NCBI GenBank assembly: GCA_037441705.1 | Contig: JBBIRR010000025.1 | Coordinates: 1-64,000 of the forward strand | From: Ignavibacteriales bacterium | GTDB taxonomy: Bacteria; Bacteroidota; Ignavibacteria; UBA10030; UBA6906 | Reading direction: 5' to 3' | DNA length: 64,000 bases | In this document: positions 30,952 through 39,264 of the stretch, one piece after another | How positions within the stretch are numbered: the first letter of the stretch is position 1 | How the letters are laid out: each line of letters opens with the position of its first letter | Position numbers and translations under genes: made by a program | The notes under the pieces: model-generated | What the model was told of the DNA's origin: nothing | Databases searched by the model: none | The model's input: the letters and a program-made list of their open reading frames with translations, nothing else

Positions 30952-32292
30952 TTACACTAACCCTTGATCCATCATGGCGTTGGCCACCTTGAGAAAGCCT
31001 GCAATGTTGGCACCGACAAGATAGTTGCCGGGCGCGCCGTACTTCTCGGCAGTCTCAAGACACGTCTGGTGGATGTTCTTCATAATCTGGTGGAGCCGCG
31101 TGTCAACTTCTTCCTTGGGCCAGGGCAGACGCATGCTGTTCTGCGCCATCTCCAGGCCTGAGGTGGCAACGCCGCCTGCGTTGGAGGCTTTGCCGGGCGA
31201 GAAGAGAATCTTCGCATCATGGAAAATCTTGATCGCTCCGAGCGTGCTGGGCATGTTCGCCCCTTCGCAAACACATACGCACCCGTTCTTCACCAACTCG
31301 CGGGCATCGTTCTCGTCCAATTCGTTCTGCGTCGCACACGGCATGGCGACATCCACGGGCACACTCCACGGTCGTTTCCCTTCGAAGAAGGGAACCTTGA
31401 ACTTCTCGGCGTAGGGTTTGACTGCATCCTGCGCGCTCGCGCGCATCGTCAGCATGTAGTCGATCTTCTCGCCCGAGACGCCATCTTCATCGAGAACAAA
31501 CCCATCGGGTCCCGAAAGCGTCACCACCTTGCCGCCCAGTTGCGTCACCTTCAGCGCGGCTCCCCACGCTACGTTGCCGAATCCCGAGAGCGCGACGCGC
31601 TTACCTTCGATACTCATCCCGCGCGTCTTCAGCATCTCCTCGGCGAAGTACACCACTCCGTAACCCGTGGCTTCGGGACGAATGAGCGAACCGCCCCAGT
31701 TCAAGCCCTTGCCCGTCAGAACGCCGTTGAACTCGCGCGTCAATCGTTTCCACTGCCCGAACAGGAATCCGATTTCCCTTCCGCCGACGCCGATGTCGCC
31801 TGCAGGGACATCAACATCGGGACCAATATGGCGGAACAGTTCGGTCATGAAGCTCTGGCAAAAGCGCATCACTTCGCTGTCGCTCTTTCCCTTCGGATCG
31901 AAGTCGGAACCCCCTTTGCCGCCTCCCATCGGAAGGGACGTGAGGCTGTTCTTGAAGACTTGCTCGAACGCGAGAAACTTCAAGATGCCCAGCGTAACGG
32001 AAGGGTGGAAGCGCAATCCACCTTTGTACGGACCGATCGCGCTGTTCATTTGAATGCGATAACCCCGGTTGATGTGGTAGTTTCCCTGATCGTCCTGCCA
32101 TGGCACGCGGAAGATCACGACGCGTTCGGGCTCCACCATCCGCTCCAGGATTTTCGCCGACCGATACTCGGGGTGGCGTTCTAACACAAGTTCTAATGAT
32201 TCCGTAACCTCCTGAACTGCCTGGTGGAACTCAGGCTCTGCAGGGTTTTTTGCTTTGACCTGGGCAATCAGGTTCTTGACATATTCAGACAT
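30952..32292 (-). CDS. gdhA: Glutamate dehydrogenase, family I (Clostridium symbiosum/Bacteroides-like coenzyme loop)
   Basis: [43 protein letters not shown]. Confidence 0.95.
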   Translation of the reverse strand: MSEYVKNLIAQVKAKNPAEPEFHQAVQEVTESLELVLERHPEYRSAKILERMVEPERVVIFRVPWQDDQGNYHINRGYRIQMNSAIGPYKGGLRFHPSVTLGILKFLAFEQVFKNSLTSLPMGGGKGGSDFDPKGKSDSEVMRFCQSFMTELFRHIGPDVDVPAGDIGVGGREIGFLFGQWKRLTREFNGVLTGKGLNWGGSLIRPEATGYGVVYFAEEMLKTRGMSIEGKRVALSGFGNVAWGAALKVTQLGGKVVTLSGPDGFVLDEDGVSGEKIDYMLTMRASAQDAVKPYAEKFKVPFFEGKRPWSVPVDVAMPCATQNELDENDARELVKNGCVCVCEGANMPSTLGAIKIFHDAKILFSPGKASNAGGVATSGLEMAQNSMRLPWPKEEVDTRLHQIMKNIHQTCLETAEKYGAPGNYLVGANIAGFLKVANAMMDQGLV

Positions 32293-32479
32293 AGGATCCT
32301 CTTCTTGTTAGGTAAAACGATTTTGGATGCAGGCACCTCACGCAGGCGGGTGTCTCCGCTGCAGTTTCCTTCCGCGTTGTGCCGAGAGTTGATCTTTTCA
32401 TGAGGAAAAGAACGGTGAGAACAGTGCGCCATCAAAGTAGGAAAGTCCGGCTGCATTATCAAGGCGTTGATTCGCATGG

Positions 32480-32504
32480 GGAACTCTTCTACCTTTCAGG
32501 CGTC
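32480..32504 (+). promoter_or_regulatory. Putative ECF-sigma autoregulatory promoter
   Basis: GGAAC-N16-CGTC immediately upstream of the ECF sigma gene. Confidence 0.6.
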
Positions 32505-32516
32505 AGATAAGTAGCT

Positions 32517-33173
32517 ATGAACATCCCCACCACCACAACTATGTTCGACGAACGGACGGTGCAGAAAACAGTCGTTCTGCCGCTGCTGGACGACCTTTAT
32601 CGTGTTGCGCTGCGCCTGACCCATTCGAACGTAGAGGCTGAAGAATTAGTGGCAGAAACGGTGGCACGGGCGTGCGAGAATATCACCACCTTACGCGACC
32701 TGACACGCGCAAAACAGTGGCTTATGCGCATTCTTACCAACGTGTTTCTCAGCTCCTGCCGTTCAAAGAAACGACGGCAGGAGATACCGTACGTCGAGGT
32801 AGATGATGATGACGATACTGCATCGTTCTCGCTGTTCGAAGCACTGATGCAGTACGGGGCGGACGAAGGCAATCCCGAACGTATCGTCATCACCAAACTG
32901 TTGGATGAGGAGATTCAAAGCGCAATCGCAGCACTCCCCGAAGAGTATCGCGCAGCCGTCGTCTTGTGTGATGTTGAGGGATATGCCTATCAGGAAATTG
33001 CAGCGATCCTTGATGTGCCCGTAGGGACTGTACGCTCCCGTCTCTCTCGCGGGCGCTCACTGTTGCAAAAGAAACTTTATCACTATGCGAAAGAACACGG
33101 ATGGACTTCTTCGGCCAACCTATCGCGAAAAGGAAAGACCAACAATGGATCATGCCAGTGTGAACAAGATTAG
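32517..33173 (+). CDS. ECF RNA polymerase sigma factor (SigH/SigR-like)
   Basis: Region 2 LYRVALRLT..AEELV..WLMRILTN; region 4 LPEEYRAAVVLCDVEGYAYQEIA..PVGTVRSRLSRGR. Confidence 0.93.
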   Translation: MNIPTTTTMFDERTVQKTVVLPLLDDLYRVALRLTHSNVEAEELVAETVARACENITTLRDLTRAKQWLMRILTNVFLSSCRSKKRRQEIPYVEVDDDDDTASFSLFEALMQYGADEGNPERIVITKLLDEEIQSAIAALPEEYRAAVVLCDVEGYAYQEIAAILDVPVGTVRSRLSRGRSLLQKKLYHYAKEHGWTSSANLSRKGKTNNGSCQCEQD

Positions 33174-33390
33174 CTGCCGACAGGCACTCGCGCTGGTCGC
33201 GGAATACCTCGACAAAGAGCTTGGGCAGCTTGAACGTGCGCAAATCGAGCAGCACCTCGAACTGTGCCGGCAATGCTTTGATCGCTTCGAGTTCGAGCGT
33301 CTTCTCAAAGCCCGTCTAACACAACTGCAGAGAGTGGAGCCATCCGAACCCCTTCGCAAGCGAGTCGAATTGATTCTTGAACAGTTCTGA
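33145..33390 (+). CDS. Zinc-binding anti-sigma factor (ZAS, zf-HC2)
   Basis: C...YLD.EL...HLELCRQC (HxxxCxxC); overlaps the end of the sigma gene. Confidence 0.9.
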   Translation: MDHASVNKISCRQALALVAEYLDKELGQLERAQIEQHLELCRQCFDRFEFERLLKARLTQLQRVEPSEPLRKRVELILEQF

Positions 33391-33393
33391 GGC

Positions 33394-33921
33394 GTGAACA
33401 TGACTGCTAACGCGTGCAACGAGCTTTGCTGGGTCAGAACCGTACGTTGCGAAACCGAAATCCAGCGATCATCTGACGATCTCTTCAACATCATCTCAAC
33501 TCCGCTGAACGACAGTCGCTGGATGTTTGGACTGACGGCAACCCATCTGTTGACGCAAGGCACGATGCAGCAGGGGACAAGAATGGTCTGCAAGTTCGGG
33601 CTCGGATCGCTTGTTTTCATGAAGGCGCACGCCGTTATCGATGAGTTCGAGCCAGGGCGACGCTTCGTTCGAAGAAGAGTAGGAGGGAAGCTGGCGATGA
33701 CGGGAGAGTTTCTTGTCGAGCCGGCAGGGAACGCATCGCGCTTGAGATGGACGATGCATGTGGGGCTGGACGTTTTTCTTCTGGACTTTTTCCTCAATCC
33801 CTTGATCGCTCAATGGATGAAGATGAGTATAGCACTCTCGCTCAGGAAGCTGAAAGCCCTCGCCGAGAGCGCGCATGGTTCGACTGTGATGGTGAATCAA
33901 CATGCTTCACACGCTTCTTAG
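33394..33921 (+). CDS. SRPBCC/polyketide cyclase-like family protein
   Basis: EIQRSSDDLF...N..RW, EFEPGRR, C-terminal LRKLKALAE helix. Confidence 0.7.
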   Translation: MNMTANACNELCWVRTVRCETEIQRSSDDLFNIISTPLNDSRWMFGLTATHLLTQGTMQQGTRMVCKFGLGSLVFMKAHAVIDEFEPGRRFVRRRVGGKLAMTGEFLVEPAGNASRLRWTMHVGLDVFLLDFFLNPLIAQWMKMSIALSLRKLKALAESAHGSTVMVNQHASHAS

Positions 33922-34696
33922 TCAGTGGCAGCCCTTTCTTGCGCTGTTTGTTCTGCTGCTGTTCCTAGTGTGGGAGAGCGTTGCCCCATTCTTCCCACGG
34001 CAGAAGCGGCTCCGTCATACAAGCAGGAATCTTGCCATCGCCCTTTTGAATGCAATTCTTCTCGCATTCGTCTTTGCCGGTCTCACTGTGCTCACGGCCG
34101 ATTACGCGCAAGAGCATCGGTTAGGCGTGCTGCGATGGATCGGGCTTTCGGATCTTGCCCTTGGTATCGTGGCGTTCCTTCTGTTCGATATGTGGATGTA
34201 CTGGTGGCATCGGCTGAATCACCTCGTTCCGTTCCTCTGGCGTTTTCATCGCATGCATCACAGCGACCCGGAGATGGACGTCACTACGGCGACCCGTTTC
34301 CATCTCGGCGAGATCGTTATGTCGTCACTGCTCCGGCTTCTGCTGATTCCGCTCATCGGCATTCCGATCGAGGTGCTGGTTGTGTTCGACTTCGTCCAAC
34401 TGCCGATCATCAGCTTTCATCATGCGAACATCAGCCTCCCCGGAACTGTCGACAGGGCGCTGATGTGGCTTATCGTTACGCCGTTCATGCACAAGGTTCA
34501 TCACTCACGGCTCAAGCCTGAAACCGATTCCAATTTCTCGAGTCTCCTCTCGGTGTGGGATCGTCTCTTCGGCAGTCTTGTCCAGAAGGAACGATACAAC
34601 GAGCTACGCTTTGGGCTTGATGAGTTCGACCGAGAAGAAAAGCAATCTCTCAAGGGTCTTATTCTTACTCCGTTTTTCCGTTCGTCAGCTTCATGA
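33902..34696 (+). CDS. Sterol desaturase/fatty acid hydroxylase family membrane protein
   Basis: His boxes YWWHRLNH, FHRMHHS, FHHAN, HKVHHS. Confidence 0.92.
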   Translation: MLHTLLSQWQPFLALFVLLLFLVWESVAPFFPRQKRLRHTSRNLAIALLNAILLAFVFAGLTVLTADYAQEHRLGVLRWIGLSDLALGIVAFLLFDMWMYWWHRLNHLVPFLWRFHRMHHSDPEMDVTTATRFHLGEIVMSSLLRLLLIPLIGIPIEVLVVFDFVQLPIISFHHANISLPGTVDRALMWLIVTPFMHKVHHSRLKPETDSNFSSLLSVWDRLFGSLVQKERYNELRFGLDEFDREEKQSLKGLILTPFFRSSAS

Positions 34697-35418
34697 GGTT
34701 CTCTGTCATCATTCCGACATTGAATGAGCAAGACCACATCCGTTCGTGCATCCGTTTCGTATATGGGAGTGAACCCGATGCTGAGGTTATTGTTGTTGAT
34801 GGCGGAAGCGAGGACCTCACGACAGAGATTGCGGTGAGCGAAGGAGCGGCGGTCCTTCACGCACGATGCGGCAGAGGGAACCAGATGAACGCCGGTGCTG
34901 CTTCAACACGCGGTGACGTTCTCCTGTTTCTCCATGCCGACTCACGACTCTCATCAGATGCATTTCAGGTTCTGCGGCGAAGCTTCGAGCGGCCGACGGT
35001 GCAGGTCGGAACGTGCCGACTTCGGTTCGACCGTTCGCATCCGCTTTTGCGTTTCTACGCATTGTGTGCCCGCATGGAGTCTGTGTTAAGTACATTCGGA
35101 GATCAGTGTATTGTTGTCAGGCGGGCGTTTTTTAGACTGCTCGGCGGATTTCCCGATTGGCCGTTGTTCGAGGATGTGGCTTTCCTGCAGGCAGCCAGGA
35201 GGCATACACGCATTCACAAGTTTCCAACGACTGTCGTGACCTCGGCGCGGAAGTTTCTCAAAAACGGAATCATTCGTCAACAACTTCGGAATGCGCAGTT
35301 AATGGCAGGGTATCTTTCCGGCTTCCCGATTGAACAGCTTGCGGCAAGCTACTACCAATCATCTATCCATCAACCAAAAGAACGGAGTGGTGTACTATGC
35401 GAAGACCGCATCGGATAG
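34693..35418 (+). CDS. GT2 glycosyltransferase, TIGR04283-like
   Basis: SVIIPTLNE, VVDGGSED, QMNAGA, LFLHAD, FGDQ, FPDWPLFED, TSARK. Confidence 0.85.
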   Translation: MRFSVIIPTLNEQDHIRSCIRFVYGSEPDAEVIVVDGGSEDLTTEIAVSEGAAVLHARCGRGNQMNAGAASTRGDVLLFLHADSRLSSDAFQVLRRSFERPTVQVGTCRLRFDRSHPLLRFYALCARMESVLSTFGDQCIVVRRAFFRLLGGFPDWPLFEDVAFLQAARRHTRIHKFPTTVVTSARKFLKNGIIRQQLRNAQLMAGYLSGFPIEQLAASYYQSSIHQPKERSGVLCEDRIG

Positions 35419-35849
35419 CCTCTGTTGCTCTGGCAACAGCGTTTGTGCTCGGAGCGACAACCCTGCTCGCGCAGGACAGACTCGGCGGCGTGTATGCAAT
35501 TGCAACCGTGGTTGATGACTTCATCGACCGCGTTGTGGACAATGCTATCCTTAATGCGAACCCGGCAATCAAGGAAGCCCGCGACCGCGTGCCGCGAGCC
35601 GGTTTGAAGTATCGCGTCACTGAGATGGTGTGCCAGGCAACAGGGGGACCGTGCAAGTACACGGGGCGTTCCATGAAGGAAGCGCACGCACATCTCAATA
35701 TCACTCAGAAGGAATGGGATGCGCTGGTGGTGGATTTCAAGGCCTCACTCGCGAAATTCAACGTACCTGCCAAGGAGCAGGAAGAACTGCTGGCGATCGT
35801 GAATTCCACGAAGAAGGACATTGTCGTTCCCAGCAAGACCGGCAAGTAG
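35397..35849 (+). CDS. Group I truncated (2/2) hemoglobin with N-terminal signal peptide
   Basis: RLGG..AI..VVDDF, ATGGP..YTGRSM..AH (proximal His), LNIT..EW. Confidence 0.88.
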   Translation: MRRPHRIASVALATAFVLGATTLLAQDRLGGVYAIATVVDDFIDRVVDNAILNANPAIKEARDRVPRAGLKYRVTEMVCQATGGPCKYTGRSMKEAHAHLNITQKEWDALVVDFKASLAKFNVPAKEQEELLAIVNSTKKDIVVPSKTGK

Positions 35850-35869
35850 CGGAAACACGCCGAGGAGCG

Positions 35870-35897
35870 AAAGGCGATCCACGTGGATCGCCTTTTT
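35870..35897 (+). terminator. Intrinsic terminator ending the ECF operon
   Basis: AAAGGCGATCCACGTGGATCGCCTTT palindrome with a T tail. Confidence 0.8.
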
Positions 35898-36095
35898 CTC
35901 TGATTGTGCCCGTTATCGTCGGCATTCCGTACGCCGTTGAAAACCGACCTCTTTCCCCATATTATTGTTTCGGCTCTGATAGGGTCGATCATTTCGCCGA
36001 AGTACGAGCCTGCGTGCTTGCCTCCCACACACGGGATGTATGCCAATGCTTCCACGATAAACTCATCAGGTCATTCATCACGATAAGAATCACGA

Positions 36096-36746
36096 ATGGG
36101 TCTCAACGGTATATTGCATACACTTCTCCCGAAGGACGATAAGTTCTTCGGCCACTTCGAGCGTGCAGTGGAAAATCTTCTCAACGCTGCTCGAATTTTC
36201 AAAGAACTCATGACCAATTCAATCTCGCCACAGGAACGAGCGCAGAAGATTCGAAAGATCGAAGAATTAGAACACAAGGGGGACGAGGTCACACACCAGA
36301 TCTACAATGATCTCAGTTCGACTTTTGTGACGCCGCTCGATCGTGAAGACATTCACCAGATCGCCTCGAAGTTAGACGACGTGCTCGACTACATACACGG
36401 CGCCGCTACGCGTATCGTCCTCTACCGCGTGGAAACCATCTCTCCCGACCTCGAGCGCCTTGCCACTATGATCTATCAGGCTGTTGAAGAACTGCACAGG
36501 GCAATTCCTCAATTGCGCGATCTGAGGGAAGTATCTTCGATTCGCGATGCTCTCGTCAAAGTAAACAGCATCGAAAACGAGGCAGACGATCTCTTCGAGC
36601 GTTCCATCGCTAATCTGTTCGAGACGTGCAGGGATCCAATTCTGTTGATCAAGACGAAGGAACTTCTGGTCAGTCTCGAAACGGCAACCGACAAGTGTGA
36701 GGATGTCGCAAACGCAATCGAAAGCATTATCGTCAAGAACGCGTAG
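36096..36746 (+). CDS. DUF47/PhoU-like phosphate transport regulator
   Basis: EHKGD, TFVTPLDREDI, ENEAD, ATDKCEDVAN; directly upstream of pit. Confidence 0.92.
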   Translation: MGLNGILHTLLPKDDKFFGHFERAVENLLNAARIFKELMTNSISPQERAQKIRKIEELEHKGDEVTHQIYNDLSSTFVTPLDREDIHQIASKLDDVLDYIHGAATRIVLYRVETISPDLERLATMIYQAVEELHRAIPQLRDLREVSSIRDALVKVNSIENEADDLFERSIANLFETCRDPILLIKTKELLVSLETATDKCEDVANAIESIIVKNA

Positions 36747-36793
36747 CGGTCGTCCGAATTATCACAGCTTATATCCCACGTTTTCGCTCAGCC

Positions 36794-37801
36794 ATGCTCA
36801 CCCTCGTTATCATCATCATCGCTCTGGCATTATTGTTCGACTTCCTGAATGGCATGAATGATGCCGCCAATTCGATTGCCACCATCGTGTCCACGCAAGT
36901 GTTAAGCCCGTGAGTGGCTGTACTGTGGGCGGCGTTTTTCAACTTCGTCGCGGCGTTCGGATTTGGCGTTCACGTCGCCAGTACGATCGGGAAGGGGATT
37001 GTGAACGTGAGTGTGGTAAACGAGGCGACGGTTCTTGCAGCTTTGGTGGGCGCAATCATCTGGACGCATTTGTGCACAGAAATCGGCCTTCCCATCAGCG
37101 TTTCGCACGCACTCATTGGCGGGCTTGCCGGGGCCGGTGTTGCCAGAGGCGGCTTCGCGGCACTCGTTCCCGCGGGTTTGTCCAAGGTCGTGTTGTTCAT
37201 ATTCCTTTCACCGGTCCTTGGCATGCTGCTGGCGTTCATCTTCATGGTAGCCGTCACGTGGCTTGTGCGCCGTTCTTCACCCTACAAAGTCGATCGCGTC
37301 TTTCGCATCGGGCAACTCATTTCGTCCGCTGCCTATAGTCTTGGACACGGAACGAATGATGCACAAAAAACCATGGGCATCATTGCACTGGCTCTCTTCT
37401 CTTCAGGCTACCTGGGGGAAACCTTTTACGTGCCGACGTGGGTCATTCTTTCTGCCCACGCCGCCATTGGATTGGGAACGTACTTAGGCGGTTGGCGTGT
37501 GGTACGCACGATGGGGATGCGCTTAACTCATCTCCGTCCGATCGGGGGATTCTGTGCGGAAACTGCCGGAGCCTCGTTGCTGTTCGGGACTGCGCTTGCC
37601 GGTATTCCCGTGAGTACGACGCATACGATCGCTGGAGCGATCATGGGTGTAGGCTCTACACGGCGCCTCTCAGCAGTCCGATGGGGAATTGCCGGTCGCA
37701 TCGTGTGGGCGTGGGTTCTTACCATTCCCGCTACGGCCCTGGTGTCGGCAATCTCGTTCTGGTTCATCGACTTGCTGTTCTCGCTGCTGGGAATCTCGTG
37801 A
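36794..37801 (+). pseudogene. pit: Inorganic phosphate transporter (PiT family) interrupted by an in-frame TGA at codon 40
   Basis: ATG at 36794 reads MLTLVIIIIALALLFDFLNGMNDAANSIATIVSTQVLSP, then TGA (36911-36913), then continues in frame VAVLWAAFFNF...HGTNDAQKTMG...PVSTTH. Confidence 0.8.
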
Positions 37802-37846
37802 GCCGTTCGTGCGGATGCTTCTGAACCGCCCGATGGTTGGGGCGAC

Positions 37847-37877
37847 TTGATTTCGGTGTGAAACAGTTCTATCTTTG
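37847..37877 (+). promoter_or_regulatory. Putative housekeeping promoter upstream of the sulfurtransferase
   Basis: TTGATT-N17-TATCTTTG; the latter also matches the Bacteroidota TAnnTTTG element. Confidence 0.45.
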
Positions 37878-38067
37878 TCCTGTGTTGCTCACGGCCCTGG
37901 CATGACGTCAAGGTGCGGATACATCCTTCACGGCCGCTGTTCTTTGCAAGATCGCCCGCAGTGTGTTTCGGAAGTGGAGCTGGGATAGTTTCGATGAGAA
38001 TGAAATTGATCGGCTGCACCGTTTCAACTACTTCATCACTCATCAATCAACAAGGAGGGCATACGCC

Positions 38068-38916
38068 ATGAGGACCTATGCGAATCCCCAGGCACTCGTA
38101 TCCACCGAGTGGGTGGCAGAACACCTGCGCGATCCGAACTTAGCGATTGCCGAAGTTGACGTGGATACAGCGGCCTACCAAGAGGGCCACATTCCCGGAG
38201 CCGTCGGCTGGAACTGGCAAACGCAGCTCTGCGATACAGTCCAGCGTGACATCATCAGCAAAGCCGCGCTCGAGAATCTCCTCAGCTCCAGCGGCATCTC
38301 CAACAACACAACAATCATCCTCTACGGCGACAATAACAACTGGTTCGCCGCGTGGGCGTACTGGCAACTCAAGATGTATGGCCACAAAGATGTCCGCATC
38401 ATGAACGGCGGACGAAAGAAGTGGCTTGCCGAAGGACGGGAGCTGACACGAGATGTCCCCACGCCGAAGAAGGCGACGTACACCGTGACAGGGTTCAACG
38501 AACGATATCGCGCAATGTTGAATCAGGTGCGCAAGGCGATGGAACAGAAAAACGTGATCCTGGTGGACGTACGATCGAATGACGAATACACGGGCAAGAT
38601 TCTTTCGCCGCCCGGCTTGCCGGAGACGTGCCAGCGCGGAGGACACATCCCCGGTGCGAAGAATATTCCCTGGGCGCAAGCGTGCAACGAAGATGGAACG
38701 TTCAAGAGTCCCGACGAGCTTGAGGCACTCTATACAAGCAAAGGCGTCACGCGAGACAAGCCCGTGATCGCCTACTGCCGCATCGGCGAGCGTTCGAGCC
38801 ACACATGGTTTGTGTTGAATGAACTCTTGGGTTATCCCAACGTGGCGAACTATGATGGTTCGTGGACGGAATGGGGTAACCTTGTGGGCGCGCCTGTGGA
38901 AAAGGAGGCATCGTGA
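38068..38916 (+). CDS. Thiosulfate/3-mercaptopyruvate sulfurtransferase (tandem rhodanese)
   Basis: LVSTEW, GHIPGA twice, active site YCRIGERS, YDGSWTEW; AGGAGG RBS. Confidence 0.95.
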   Translation: MRTYANPQALVSTEWVAEHLRDPNLAIAEVDVDTAAYQEGHIPGAVGWNWQTQLCDTVQRDIISKAALENLLSSSGISNNTTIILYGDNNNWFAAWAYWQLKMYGHKDVRIMNGGRKKWLAEGRELTRDVPTPKKATYTVTGFNERYRAMLNQVRKAMEQKNVILVDVRSNDEYTGKILSPPGLPETCQRGGHIPGAKNIPWAQACNEDGTFKSPDELEALYTSKGVTRDKPVIAYCRIGERSSHTWFVLNELLGYPNVANYDGSWTEWGNLVGAPVEKEAS

Positions 38917-39113
38917 AAGCCGAGGAGTATCACTCGGAGATACAACAGCTGGAAGGCGTGAAAGTCGAAGTGCGTTCGTATCGCATCGAGCAAACATACT
39001 TTTGTCACGTCGCCAACACGGACGCGGGTGCTACGATTGCAAGAGCTTCTGGAGCGACACGTGAAGAGGCCGTGCAGGCTGCGACGGAACGCGCTCGACA
39101 GCGCCTGCGGTGA
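38913..39113 (+). CDS. Small hypothetical protein coupled to the sulfurtransferase
   Basis: GTGA overlap, AGGAGG RBS; GATIARASGATREEA. Confidence 0.7.
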   Translation: MKAEEYHSEIQQLEGVKVEVRSYRIEQTYFCHVANTDAGATIARASGATREEAVQAATERARQRLR

Positions 39114-39264
39114 CTGATTGATACTGAGAAGAAAAACTTCGCTCTGCGCCCCGTGGGTTGAGGCAGTTGGGGTAAGAGAATCTCCACCAAGTGCTTCAAC
39201 CCTGAGACGCTACGCAAGAGATTACAGCTCATCTGCCAGAGTCGGCTTAACCAAATAAGAGGTA

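Noticed and set aside
36911-36913. TGA in pit as selenocysteine or an alternative genetic code
   Set aside because: The position is not a Cys site in PiT proteins, there is no evident SECIS hairpin, and TGA is a normal stop in many other genes here.
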